Origin: Chthoniobacterales bacterium
Lineage (GTDB): Bacteria; Verrucomicrobiota; Verrucomicrobiia; Chthoniobacterales; JBKEAD01
DNA: 55,051 bases
Reading direction: 5' to 3'
Assembly: GCA_047973165.1 (NCBI GenBank)
Contig: JBKEBM010000071.1
Coordinates: 1 to 55,051 of the forward strand
A model generated the notes under the pieces. The model saw only the letters and a list, made by a program, of their open reading frames with translations. It was not told the DNA's origin and did not search any database. Positions 1 through 8,591 of the stretch are shown in pieces (position 1 is the stretch's first letter; every line of letters begins with the position of its first letter). Both the position numbers and the translations under genes were made by a program.

Positions 1-280
1 GCAGGTCATATTTCCACTCCAGAAAAAGATATAAAATCAGGCCAAGCAAGCTGCCAAAACCATAGCTCAGAGCCCAGATTGAGAGCAAAAAATAACCCGG
101 CTCCCGCTCATAAGCATACCCACAACGCGGACAACCATCCAGCGGAGTCGTCCAGTCATTTATACCCCGGGTTTTGAGCAGGGGCAAAAAAATCGGTGAA
201 ACTCCGCACGTCGGGCACTTCCAAAACAAGGCCCGACGCAAATACAAAATCACCGTCTTAAAATTGCGCTCAAATTTCAT
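1..280 (-). CDS. DUF983-like small membrane protein with zinc-ribbon motifs; start codon in window, 3' end runs off the left edge
   Basis: Manual translation from ATG at 280-278 gives MKFERNFKTVILYLRRALFWKCPTCGVSP...DGCPRCGYAYEREPGYFLLSIWALSYGF. It has two CxxCG motifs followed by a hydrophobic segment, the pattern typical of DUF983. It is absent from the ORF track because no stop codon lies in the window. Confidence 0.55.
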   Translation of the reverse strand, partial: MKFERNFKTVILYLRRALFWKCPTCGVSPIFLPLLKTRGINDWTTPLDGCPRCGYAYEREPGYFLLSIWALSYGFGSLLGLILYLFLEWKYDL

Positions 281-326
281 CTGATCTGTGCAACTATGCA
301 GCCCGTCCTCCCCGGCGTCAATCGCC

Positions 327-486
327 ATAAAGGCACACCCGGAAATCTGCTTTTCGGCAGAGAGACCGGACAAAATTTTGGAGACAAGGCGAAACGATAC
401 CCGCCGGCCTTGTTCCAACGGACATTTTTTCAACGTCGTCTCCAGGATTTTGAGCAACTCTATGCTAAAAATGAGGTTTTCGAGTG
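327..486 (-). repeat. Conserved ~160-nt non-coding element, copy A (homologous to 22599-22760 on the opposite strand)
   Basis: Manual alignment with the reverse complement of 22599-22760 shows long identical runs such as acacccggaaa, caaaattttggaga, aaacgata, ggccttgt, ttttcaacg, gtctcc, ggattttga and aaaatgaggttttcg. Substitutions fall evenly on all codon positions and there are 1-nt indels, so it is not coding. Confidence 0.8.
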
Positions 487-491
487 TACCC

Positions 492-941
492 TTAAACTCG
501 TAAATTTTCCAGTGCCTGGCGCATCTCTTCCGGAAGCGGCATTTTGGTGAGTTTATTTGTGTTTGGGTCCAGGGCCACATAAACCGTCGTAATTTCTCCC
601 TCTGCAGCGAGATTGGTAATGCTGCGCTCAGCTTCTTTAAAAATAAGGAAGCGATAACGCAGGCTGCAATTACGAGTTTCCTCAACGTGCAGACAGACTT
701 CGATTTTCTCCTCAAAGCGTAGTGGCCTGGTGTAGTTGCAGGAAACTTTAATACGCGGCCAGCCGAAGTGTTGAGTATCATCCACTTTGTAAGCATTGGT
801 TCCGCAGGCCCGGAGCATGCCATGCTCCGTCGCTTCGACATAGCGAAGAATATTCGTAAAATGCACGATGCCCGCCATGTCAGTCTCTGCAAACTCAATA
901 CATCGCTCGTGAGCAAAATGATAAAATTCAGGAAAATCCAT
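492..941 (-). CDS. Acyl-CoA thioesterase, 4HBT/YbgC-like hotdog fold
   Basis: 149 aa, ATG start. The N-terminal motif ERCIEFAETDMAGIVHFTNILRYVEATEHGMLRACG is typical of the 4-hydroxybenzoyl-CoA thioesterase family. Confidence 0.8.
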   Translation of the reverse strand: MDFPEFYHFAHERCIEFAETDMAGIVHFTNILRYVEATEHGMLRACGTNAYKVDDTQHFGWPRIKVSCNYTRPLRFEEKIEVCLHVEETRNCSLRYRFLIFKEAERSITNLAAEGEITTVYVALDPNTNKLTKMPLPEEMRQALENLRV

Positions 942-1137
942 AACTCAAAAAACAATCGGAAAAGCACTCCGGCAATTCAAAACGCTTTCAGGAATTATTT
1001 TTATGCCTTACTGAACTGCCAAAATATAACTCTGCACCAGGTCGCAAAAAAATTTTTTCTCGCTCTTGCTTCTTTTCTGAAAACTCGTTTATATAGCTGC
1101 TTCAAATCAATTCTTTAACTTAATAACCATCTAAAAA

Positions 1138-2445
1138 ATGATCAAACCACTCCTGGCGGAAGCCGCAAATAACGAAGCCGCTGCTCTCAGCACTGCCGCA
1201 ATCGAAGGCTCAAAACACGCAGTAAACCAATCCTACGATGCAACTCTCGGTGCGCTCGACAGCGTCGGACGCTGGCCCATCATCAGTGATATTGCAAATC
1301 TCCTCGGCCCTTTCGCCAAATATGTCGGTGCCTTTTTGGTATTCCTGATCGCCTGGAAAATCATCTGCCCTGTTGTTCGCGGCGCAATCATCTCAGCCCT
1401 CGGAAAAACAAGCTGGGATGAAAAACTCTCCGAATGGGTAGGAAACAAATCGGCCAATCCCGCCAGAGGTATAGCCCAGTTTTTCTACTACCTCCTTCTC
1501 CTGTTCTTCGCTGTATTATCCCTCGACATTGCAGGGCTGAATGACGTAACAGCTCCGCTCCAGGGAATGCTCAATCAATTCCTCTCCTTCATCCCCGGCC
1601 TGGTTGGAGCCTCGCTCCTCCTTTTCATCGCCGTCTTTGTGGGACGAATTGTAAAAAACCTGATTGCAACTTCTCTCAACGGTCTTCGTCTGGACGAGCG
1701 CATCGGCTCCAGCGAAGGAACTACTCCGGTCAGTAATGCGATTGCAGGTGCCGTCTTCTGGCTCTTCATCCTGCTCATCCTTCCTGCCGTTCTGCAGTCG
1801 ATTCAGTTGGGTGCCATTGCCGATCCGATCATCGCCATCGTCGGAATGATCACCTCCTCGATTCCGAACATCATTCTTGCTGCCGTCCTGCTTGCAATCG
1901 GCTTCCTCGTTGCTGAAATCGCCCGCAAGCTTGTCACAAATGTCCTCGTTGCAATTGGCGTTGATGCCTGGCCATCGAAAATCGGTCTGGACATTCCATC
2001 CTCCGGTCCTCGCAGTGTTTCAAATATCACGGGCTATACGCTGATGGTTAGTATCATCGTCCTGCTCGCCTCTACTGCGATAAACACCCTGCAAATCGGC
2101 CTTCTCGAAGAAGCCTCTCGCGGTTTTGTTACGGGATATTTCCGTATCCTGCTGGCCGTTCTGATCTTCGGAGCCGGCCTGCTTCTCTCGCGCTGGGCCT
2201 ACAGCAACCTGTCCGATAAGAACGCACTGCTCGCACAAGTCGCCCGCATCGTCATCCTTGTTTTGACAGCCGTTGCCGCAATTCACCGCTCACAAATCAT
2301 TCCGCCGGAACTCGTAAAACTTCCTTACGACGCCTTCATCATTGCTGCTGCAGTCGCCCTCGGACTCGGTGGTGCTGTTGCCATCGGCATCGGTGGAAAA
2401 GATACCGTCGCTCGCATCCTGAACCGCTGGTTCCCAGGATCCTGA
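1138..2445 (+). CDS. Polytopic membrane protein made of repeated conserved TM-helix modules (as seen N-terminal to MscS-like channels); no channel domain visible
   Basis: 435 aa. It contains about five similar hydrophobic helices, each followed by a basic amphipathic stretch, for example FLVFLIAWKIICPVVRGAI, LLLFIAVFVGRIVKNLIATSL and LLAIGFLVAEIARKLVTNVL. Confidence 0.5.
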   Translation: MIKPLLAEAANNEAAALSTAAIEGSKHAVNQSYDATLGALDSVGRWPIISDIANLLGPFAKYVGAFLVFLIAWKIICPVVRGAIISALGKTSWDEKLSEWVGNKSANPARGIAQFFYYLLLLFFAVLSLDIAGLNDVTAPLQGMLNQFLSFIPGLVGASLLLFIAVFVGRIVKNLIATSLNGLRLDERIGSSEGTTPVSNAIAGAVFWLFILLILPAVLQSIQLGAIADPIIAIVGMITSSIPNIILAAVLLAIGFLVAEIARKLVTNVLVAIGVDAWPSKIGLDIPSSGPRSVSNITGYTLMVSIIVLLASTAINTLQIGLLEEASRGFVTGYFRILLAVLIFGAGLLLSRWAYSNLSDKNALLAQVARIVILVLTAVAAIHRSQIIPPELVKLPYDAFIIAAAVALGLGGAVAIGIGGKDTVARILNRWFPGS

Positions 2446-2470
2446 GCCTTTCAAAAAAGTAACTCTTTTA

Positions 2471-2510
2471 AAAAAAGCCTCCGATGTTTTTTACGTCGGA
2501 GGTTTTTTTA
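2471..2510. terminator. Bidirectional intrinsic terminator hairpin
   Basis: aaaaaag-CCTCCGA-tgttttttacg-TCGGAGG-ttttttt. The 7-bp GC-rich stem is flanked by an A-run and a T-run and sits between convergent genes. Confidence 0.8.
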
Positions 2511-3554
2511 TTTGTTGTTAACCTCCACCCGCTGTCCGGTTTGCAGGCTTTGTGCGACGGCATCTACGACGCGCATGTAGTTTACTCCATCCTGAAAGGT
2601 CGGATGCGGACGTTCATTTTTCGGATTCCGCACTGCATCAATAAAATCTGCCTCAACTGCCCAGGGGCGCTCCCCCTCGACCGGTGACTCAAATGTCCCG
2701 GCTTCTCCCTCCGCCGACAACAGAGCAATCTGGTCTGCGGAAAAATTAAATTCCAGAGTTCCGTTGCTTCCCGTGAGTCGGAGTAACTGCATTGGCGGAC
2801 CTATATGGACATTTGAAAAACGCAGATTACAAATTTGTTTCCCGGTTGGAGTTTTTAAGTCTCCCAAAACATCGAGCTGATCCGGGATATCGACTGTTAC
2901 ACCCCCAATTTCTGATTCGAAAATATGCCCCTCAGCAAATACTGAATCAAATCTTCCAAACCAGCGCTGCAATACCTCCACATAAATCCCCAGAGCCATT
3001 ACATTATTGCCGCTGAATTTTCGGAGTTGTCTCCAGTGTGGCTTTGATGCTGCCTTTGCAGGCGGATTCCCCAGGCTGAAAAGTTCAAGGTGCCGCAGTG
3101 CTCCGATCTTTTTTTCAGCCAGCAGTTTTTTAAAAAAGAAATCTTTTTCAAGTCCCATTGGAGGTGGGCAAAGCATCGTAACCAAGTCGGGATTTTCTCT
3201 GGCAGCAACGAGCATTTTTTCCGCCTCTTCCCCGTTGCAGGCCATACGTGCCTGACAAAAAACATGCTTTTCGGCGGCCAGTGCCGCCAGCGTAATCTCG
3301 CAGTGCATGTAAGGAGTCGTGCCGATCCAAATAATATCTACATCCGGCAGATCAATAATTTCCCGCCAGTCGGCATAAGCCCGGGCTTCACTCAGACTTT
3401 CTTCCGCAATAAATTTCTCCGCACTGGCCAGGGTGGAATTTGCAACAGCAGAAATTTTAATACCCGAAATTTTCCGCAGGCCCGGAAGATGTCGTGAACG
3501 AACGATACCGCCTGCACCTATAATTCCGATCCGAAGAGGTGGCGATGAACTCAT
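2508..3554 (-). CDS. Gfo/Idh/MocA family NAD(P)-dependent oxidoreductase
   Basis: 348 aa. It has the N-terminal Rossmann motif LRIGIIGAGGIVRSRHLPGL and starts 3 nt after the hisA stop. Confidence 0.85.
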   Translation of the reverse strand: MSSSPPLRIGIIGAGGIVRSRHLPGLRKISGIKISAVANSTLASAEKFIAEESLSEARAYADWREIIDLPDVDIIWIGTTPYMHCEITLAALAAEKHVFCQARMACNGEEAEKMLVAARENPDLVTMLCPPPMGLEKDFFFKKLLAEKKIGALRHLELFSLGNPPAKAASKPHWRQLRKFSGNNVMALGIYVEVLQRWFGRFDSVFAEGHIFESEIGGVTVDIPDQLDVLGDLKTPTGKQICNLRFSNVHIGPPMQLLRLTGSNGTLEFNFSADQIALLSAEGEAGTFESPVEGERPWAVEADFIDAVRNPKNERPHPTFQDGVNYMRVVDAVAQSLQTGQRVEVNNK

Positions 3555-3557
3555 AAA

Positions 3558-4277
3558 TTACTCGCTTAAAATTTCACGGAGCCTGCCCGTGATGTGACCG
3601 TCGTAAAGAGCCTTGCCGATGATTGCACCGTAAAGCCCTTCGATCCGGTTCAGGCGTTGCAGGTCCCCGGCGCTCGAAACGCCGCCGCTGGCAATTACCT
3701 GACAGGAAATTTTTGAAACCAATGTTTCCATTGCATCAAAATTTGGTCCCTTCAGCATCCCGTCGGTCGAGATGTCTGTGTAAATTACCGTCCCGACACC
3801 GCAGTCCTCAATTTCCTTTGCAAAGTCCAAAGCATCCAGCTTTGAGTCCTGTTGCCAGCCGTGGGTTGAAACTTTCCCGTCCCGCGCATCGATCCCTACA
3901 GCCACTGCTGCCGAGCCGAATTCCTTCACCGCTTCGCAGACAAATCCGATCGATTCCGCAGCACGCGTTCCGATGATCAGTCGCGTCACCCCGGCCTCGA
4001 CGATGCGGGTCGCCGCAGACAAATCCCGAATTCCTCCGCCAAGTTCACAGGGAATCGAAACGGACTGCACAATTTGTTTCACGCAATCCAGGTTGGCAGA
4101 CTGGCCGGAAAAAGCGGCATCCAGATCGACAAGATGCAGCCAGTCCCCGCCTTCCCTGGCCCAGCGCTGCGCAAAGGAAACCGGGTCTTTGGAGTAAACC
4201 GTTTTCTGTTCGGGATCGCCCTGGCGCAGGCGAACGACCTCGCCACTCATTAAGTCAATTGCCGGAAGTAAAAGCAT
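3558..4277 (-). CDS. hisA: ProFAR isomerase HisA
   Basis: 239 aa. MLLLPAIDLMSGEVVRLRQGD... plus GGGIR and ASGGV motifs, following hisH. Confidence 0.9.
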   Translation of the reverse strand: MLLLPAIDLMSGEVVRLRQGDPEQKTVYSKDPVSFAQRWAREGGDWLHLVDLDAAFSGQSANLDCVKQIVQSVSIPCELGGGIRDLSAATRIVEAGVTRLIIGTRAAESIGFVCEAVKEFGSAAVAVGIDARDGKVSTHGWQQDSKLDALDFAKEIEDCGVGTVIYTDISTDGMLKGPNFDAMETLVSKISCQVIASGGVSSAGDLQRLNRIEGLYGAIIGKALYDGHITGRLREILSE

Positions 4278-4283
4278 AAAAAA

Positions 4284-4937
4284 TTATATTTCGTTTACAA
4301 AATTTCGCAGCATGTCGAGGCCGACACGCTGACTTTTTTCGGGGTGAAATTGTGTTGCCCAGAGCCGATTCCGTCGGATACTTGCCGCAAAATCCACCCC
4401 CGCGTAGGAACAGCGCGTGGAGGTGCAGTCCGCATCTTCCTCCGACAGCTCGGGGTAGTAGGAATGCACAAAATAAACATGCTCGCCCGACGAAATATTT
4501 TTCAAAAGTGGGTCCTGTAACTGCACGAACTCCAGGGAATTCCAGCCCATGTGCGGCACCCTGGCTTCCCCATGAGGAAAACGCCTCACACTTCCGCGCA
4601 GGATTCCCAGGCCGGGCACCCCGGGAGATTCTTCGCTGCTTTCAAACAGTAATTGGTAGCCCACACAAATCCCCAGGAAGGGACGGCTCTCTGCGATCCA
4701 GTTTACAACCGGAGCCTCCAGTCCGGCTTCACGAAGATTCAGAGCACAGTCGCCAAAGGAACCCACACCCGGCAAAACCAAGGCATCGAAATTTTCAATC
4801 TCAGACGGGTTTGAAATCACAGTGGCTTCTCCGCCGCTGACAAGAAGCGCATTTTCAACACTGCGCAAATTGCCGCGTCGATAATCCAGAATGCCGATCT
4901 TCCGGGACCGCTTCGTTTTTTTTACCTGGGCCACCAT
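4284..4937 (-). CDS. hisH: Imidazole glycerol phosphate synthase, glutamine amidotransferase subunit HisH
   Basis: 217 aa. Class I GATase motifs LPGVGSFG, GICVGYQLL and FHPEKS. Confidence 0.9.
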   Translation of the reverse strand: MVAQVKKTKRSRKIGILDYRRGNLRSVENALLVSGGEATVISNPSEIENFDALVLPGVGSFGDCALNLREAGLEAPVVNWIAESRPFLGICVGYQLLFESSEESPGVPGLGILRGSVRRFPHGEARVPHMGWNSLEFVQLQDPLLKNISSGEHVYFVHSYYPELSEEDADCTSTRCSYAGVDFAASIRRNRLWATQFHPEKSQRVGLDMLRNFVNEI

Positions 4938-4946
4938 GTGAAAAAA

Positions 4947-5537
4947 CTACAGCAAGCCCTTCGTGCTTGGCACGGTATCGCCCAGGCGCACATCCCGACT
5001 TGTTGCGAGGTCAAGCGCACGCGCAAGAGACTTAAACATCCCTTCGGCAACATGGTGAGCATCTCTGCCCTTCAGCACATCGATATGGAGATTCATCCCG
5101 GCATTGGCAGCGAAGGCGCGAAAAAACTCCTCCATAAGTTGAAAGGAAAAAGCACCTATCGGGTCCAGGCCTTCCGGCGCATTATAGGAAAAATAATTGC
5201 GTCCGCTCAGGTCCACGACGGAACGAATCAGTGCTTCGTCCATCGGGACATAAAAAGTTCCGTAACGGGTGATTCCCATTTTCTGACCGAGAGCTTCGGT
5301 AAAGAGTCTTCCAAGCACGATCGCTGTATCTTCGACAGTGTGGTGAAAATCCACATGCAAATCTCCCTTTGCTTTCAGACTGATGTCAAAAAAACCGTGA
5401 CGGGTAAACAGTTCAAGCATGTGATCGAGAAAGCCAATTCCGGTTGAGACTTCGCACTGGCCGGTGCCATCGATGTTGAGTGAAGCATTTACCGTGGTTT
5501 CGGTTGTGGTGCGTTCGATTTTAGCAATGCGTTTCAT
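4947..5537 (-). CDS. hisB: Imidazoleglycerol-phosphate dehydratase, monofunctional HisB
   Basis: Motifs RTTTETTVNASLNIDGTG, GFLDHML and HHVAEGMFKSLARAL. The track start at 5543 is a TTG; the ATG two codons downstream at 5537 is preferred. Confidence 0.9.
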   Translation of the reverse strand: MKRIAKIERTTTETTVNASLNIDGTGQCEVSTGIGFLDHMLELFTRHGFFDISLKAKGDLHVDFHHTVEDTAIVLGRLFTEALGQKMGITRYGTFYVPMDEALIRSVVDLSGRNYFSYNAPEGLDPIGAFSFQLMEEFFRAFAANAGMNLHIDVLKGRDAHHVAEGMFKSLARALDLATSRDVRLGDTVPSTKGLL

Positions 5538-5629
5538 AATCAAATTGAATCGCTCCGAAGATTACCTGGTCAGACAAACACGTCCAGCGCGAAGTCAGGA
5601 ATCGAATCATGTAAAATACCTGGAGCATT

Positions 5630-6181
5630 TTAGAAGCTCTGCTCAGGAATCAGAGTTTCGAGAAGTTTTTTACGGCGCAGATGTTCCTCGTCGCTCAGGA
5701 CCGATACCATCGCATTTCCGGAAATTTCCGGAATTTGCACCCATGATCGGCAGCCTCCATGACGGCGTTCCAACTGCAGGCGACAGGCAGGCTCCAGTCG
5801 GTATATTCTGACGAGAGCAACGTGAACTCCTGGTGCCTCAGCGTAGGCGAAACGCTCCTCCAGGACGGAATCATCCCACACATGAAAATCGCGTAAGGCG
5901 TGGAGACGCTTGTGGTCTGTCACTACGCGGGACCATTCCAAAGCAGCAACATAGCGGATGTCACAGTATCCTTCTTCCTGCGGCGGCAGACTCGTGGCAG
6001 GCGGGAGAATCGTTTTTTGAATCTGTGCATGAAACCAGGTCGGGAAGAGCGCAAACTCTTTTTCTTTAAAAGAAAATCCGTCGCGTCCCTCAGCAATCCC
6101 ACCTTTTCGGATGATGATGCTTTGCCGCCCGCTGCCGAGAGCGTCGCAGATGATGGCCCATTCTTTGAATCCGATATTCAT
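5630..6181 (-). CDS. DUF1802 family protein
   Basis: 183 aa. The N-terminus FKEWAIICDALGSGRQSIIIRKGGIAEGRDGFSFKEKEFALFPTWFHAQ matches the DUF1802 consensus as I recall it. Confidence 0.7.
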   Translation of the reverse strand: MNIGFKEWAIICDALGSGRQSIIIRKGGIAEGRDGFSFKEKEFALFPTWFHAQIQKTILPPATSLPPQEEGYCDIRYVAALEWSRVVTDHKRLHALRDFHVWDDSVLEERFAYAEAPGVHVALVRIYRLEPACRLQLERRHGGCRSWVQIPEISGNAMVSVLSDEEHLRRKKLLETLIPEQSF

Positions 6182-6241
6182 TTTTTAAAGACTCACACGG
6201 AACTTGCCTTTTTCTGTTACACGTTCATCGTGCGCGATGCA

Positions 6242-6949
6242 ATGTTTCATCGATTCGATCCGCATGTTCACACCTGGTTTTCGGTGGATGCTGTCAGCCG
6301 TCCGGAGGAGATTATCCAGGCGGCAAAGGCTCGCGGCCTGAGTGGTATCGCCCTCACCGACCATGATTCCTGCAAGGCGAGCGAGTATTGCCTGCAGGCC
6401 GGGCTCATGCGTGAAGACGGGGCAGCCGTGGAGGATTTTTTACTGATTCCTGGTATCGAAGTTTCGACGGCAGAGGGGCATTTGCTTTGCTACGGAGTTC
6501 GCTTTGACGGTGCCAGGCGAAAGGGGAAACCAGCAGCGGAAATCGTTGAAGAGGTGCAGTCACTGGGCGGACTTTGTATTCCGGCGCACCCCTACGACGG
6601 ATGGCGAGCAGGCATTGCCGAAAAGGTAATGGACACCCTGCCTCTCTTCGCTGTGGAAACTTTTAATGCCGCTGTCACTTCCAAAAAATACAACGAAAAA
6701 GCAAAAGACTACGCGGAGAAACGTGGACTCATAATGACCGCCGGAAGCGATGCACACCACGCCAGTGCCGTCGGCACCGCTTCAACCGGACTGGAAATGG
6801 AAGCTCTGACAGTCGCCGAATTTCTGCGTGCTTTGCAAAGAGAAACCCAACGAGAAGAAAATTACCTGGCCTTCAAAGAGTCCCTGAAAAAACATGTCGG
6901 GAATTTTTTACGGATTCTGAATCCCGGACCGAAACCGAGGATTGATTAG
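6242..6949 (+). CDS. PHP-domain metal-dependent phosphoesterase (TrpH/YcdX-like)
   Basis: Motifs FDPHVHTWFS...GIALTDHDS...GIEVS...IPAHPY...GSDAHH. An internal ATG at 6242 is used, because the longer track ORF from 5900 overlaps the DUF1802 gene and that extension looks non-protein-like. Confidence 0.8.
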   Translation: MFHRFDPHVHTWFSVDAVSRPEEIIQAAKARGLSGIALTDHDSCKASEYCLQAGLMREDGAAVEDFLLIPGIEVSTAEGHLLCYGVRFDGARRKGKPAAEIVEEVQSLGGLCIPAHPYDGWRAGIAEKVMDTLPLFAVETFNAAVTSKKYNEKAKDYAEKRGLIMTAGSDAHHASAVGTASTGLEMEALTVAEFLRALQRETQREENYLAFKESLKKHVGNFLRILNPGPKPRID

Positions 6950-7698
6950 TGCAGCTCGTAAGCCAGGGCACTAAGACAAAAAATCGCTGCGGTTTCTGAA
7001 CGCAGAACGATGGGGCCAAAGGAGACGGGGATGAATCCGGCTTGCGTGGCAGTCTGCCTTTCGTTCGGAGAAAAATCTCCCTCGGGTCCGACAAGCATGG
7101 TTGCCTGAAAAACAGACTCACCTGGCAAATGGGCCTCGATTTTTGAATGAAGCTGCGACTTGAAAGGGAGCGCATCGCTGCCGAGCGACCCCATAAAATG
7201 ATACCCTGTTTCAGATTCTGCGCGGCAAAGGTAATCTGCGAGGCTGCAAATGGGCAGCAACTCAGGTAGCCAGTTCTGGCCGGATTGCTTGCAGGCGTCG
7301 AGGAGGACATCGCGCCATTTTTCGAGTTTCTTTTCGCCTTCCGCTGCGTCGAGATGGATGACCGTTCGTTCTGAAAGCAGGGGTTGAATACAGGCTACAC
7401 CAAGCTCAACGGATTTTTGAATAATCAGGTCCATATTTTTTCCCTTGGGAATCGCCTGAGCGAGGGTGATTTTTGCGGGGAGCTTCGGACTCACTCGCGG
7501 CGGATCAAGTTCCAGCTCGACCGCATTTTTTGTGATTTGCAGTAAACGTGCGGCGGCGGCTTTTCCTCGTCCATCGAAGATCTCTATTTGCTCCCCAACT
7601 TTGTGGCGCAGGACTTTTGCGCAATGATGAGATTCTCTTGGATTCAGGCAGACCGGCGTTTGCTCCCAGGATTCAGGTTCGAGAAAAAAACGGTTCAT
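6946..7698 (-). CDS. rsmE: 16S rRNA (uracil1498-N3)-methyltransferase RsmE
   Basis: 250 aa. MNRFFLEP...HHCAKVLRHKVGEQIEIFDGRG and a C-terminal LVGPEGDFSPNE...LGPIVLRSETA motif. Confidence 0.85.
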   Translation of the reverse strand: MNRFFLEPESWEQTPVCLNPRESHHCAKVLRHKVGEQIEIFDGRGKAAAARLLQITKNAVELELDPPRVSPKLPAKITLAQAIPKGKNMDLIIQKSVELGVACIQPLLSERTVIHLDAAEGEKKLEKWRDVLLDACKQSGQNWLPELLPICSLADYLCRAESETGYHFMGSLGSDALPFKSQLHSKIEAHLPGESVFQATMLVGPEGDFSPNERQTATQAGFIPVSFGPIVLRSETAAIFCLSALAYELH

Positions 7699-8591
7699 TT
7701 GGAAATGGTCTTCATATAATCGTCCATTGCTGCCTTCCAGGAGCGAAGGGGAACGTCGGTAGCTTCGATAAATTTTGCAGGGTTCATCGCGGTGTGTGGC
7801 GGACGCGGGATACGCATTTGTTTCAGATCGGTCAGGCGAATGGGCTTGAGAGATGGTTTTTTGCTGAGGATACCCGCTTTGACGGCACTGCTTAAAATCT
7901 GTCCGGCGTAGTCAAACCAGGAGACCGTGGGGTGCTCGGGGTCGGCATTGCATAAATGGTAAAGCCCACCCGGCAGTTTTTTCTCGATTGCAGCAGCAGT
8001 GGCAGCCGCAAGATCGGGGGTGAAGCTCGGGACGGAAAATTTATCTTCGATTGCTTCGAGAGGCTGGCCTGCTTGTGCGCGTTGAAGAAATTGATTTACA
8101 AATTGCTTGCCGTCCTGATCCGGTCCGAAAAGCCAGGAGACTCGCAGGGCCAGATGGTTCGTATCCGCTGCGAGCACGAGGCGTTCGCCGGCCAGTTTGC
8201 TTTGTCCGTAGGTCGATTCCGGATTGGCGGCATCGATTTCCACGCGGGGCATTTCGGATTTTCCGTCAAAAACGTAATCCGTGCTGTAGTAAATAAACCG
8301 TGCTCCCTGCTCCGTTGCTTTACGAGCAAGGAGCTCGGGTGTTTCGGCGTTTACGACGATGGCACTTCGTGGTTTGTCTTTGCATCCCTCCAGACTAGTC
8401 ATGCCGGCTGCATAGAGGATGATGTCTTCCGAGGTCAGTTGTATTTTTTCGATGGCTTCGGCGACGGCATTTTTATTTTCCAGATCGACGACGCTGCGAT
8501 TCCAGCACAGGAGTTCGACATTTTGTGTGGAAAAAAATCGTTCCAGCGCAGCTCCGAGCCGTCCTTTATTTCCGACGATGAGGACCTTCAT
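7695..8591 (-). CDS. rfbD: dTDP-4-dehydrorhamnose reductase
   Basis: MKVLIVGNKGRLG Rossmann start and a YGQSKLAGE catalytic YxxxK. The ATG at 8591 overlaps the rfbB stop (ATGA). The track extension to 8633 is not needed. Confidence 0.85.
   Translation of the reverse strand: MKVLIVGNKGRLGAALERFFSTQNVELLCWNRSVVDLENKNAVAEAIEKIQLTSEDIILYAAGMTSLEGCKDKPRSAIVVNAETPELLARKATEQGARFIYYSTDYVFDGKSEMPRVEIDAANPESTYGQSKLAGERLVLAADTNHLALRVSWLFGPDQDGKQFVNQFLQRAQAGQPLEAIEDKFSVPSFTPDLAAATAAAIEKKLPGGLYHLCNADPEHPTVSWFDYAGQILSSAVKAGILSKKPSLKPIRLTDLKQMRIPRPPHTAMNPAKFIEATDVPLRSWKAAMDDYMKTISK

Noticed and set aside
288-550. 71- and 84-aa ORFs over element copy A, and the 61-aa ORF at 22591-22776 over copy B, as a conserved small protein
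   Set aside because: Homology switches frame between the copies because of a 1-nt indel. Substitutions are not enriched at third codon positions. The conservation is therefore at the nucleotide level.
5900-6241. N-terminal 114-codon extension of the PHP-domain ORF
   Set aside because: It overlaps the well-supported DUF1802 gene on the other strand and looks non-protein-like. The PHP motif begins right after the internal ATG at 6242.
6242-6949. PHP-domain protein as the missing histidinol-phosphate phosphatase for the monofunctional HisB
   Set aside because: Its motifs (FDPHVHT..S.D...ALTDHDS) look more like TrpH/YcdX-type PHP phosphoesterases than HisK-type HolPases. It is also not in the his transcription unit. 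The idea cannot be supported from sequence alone.
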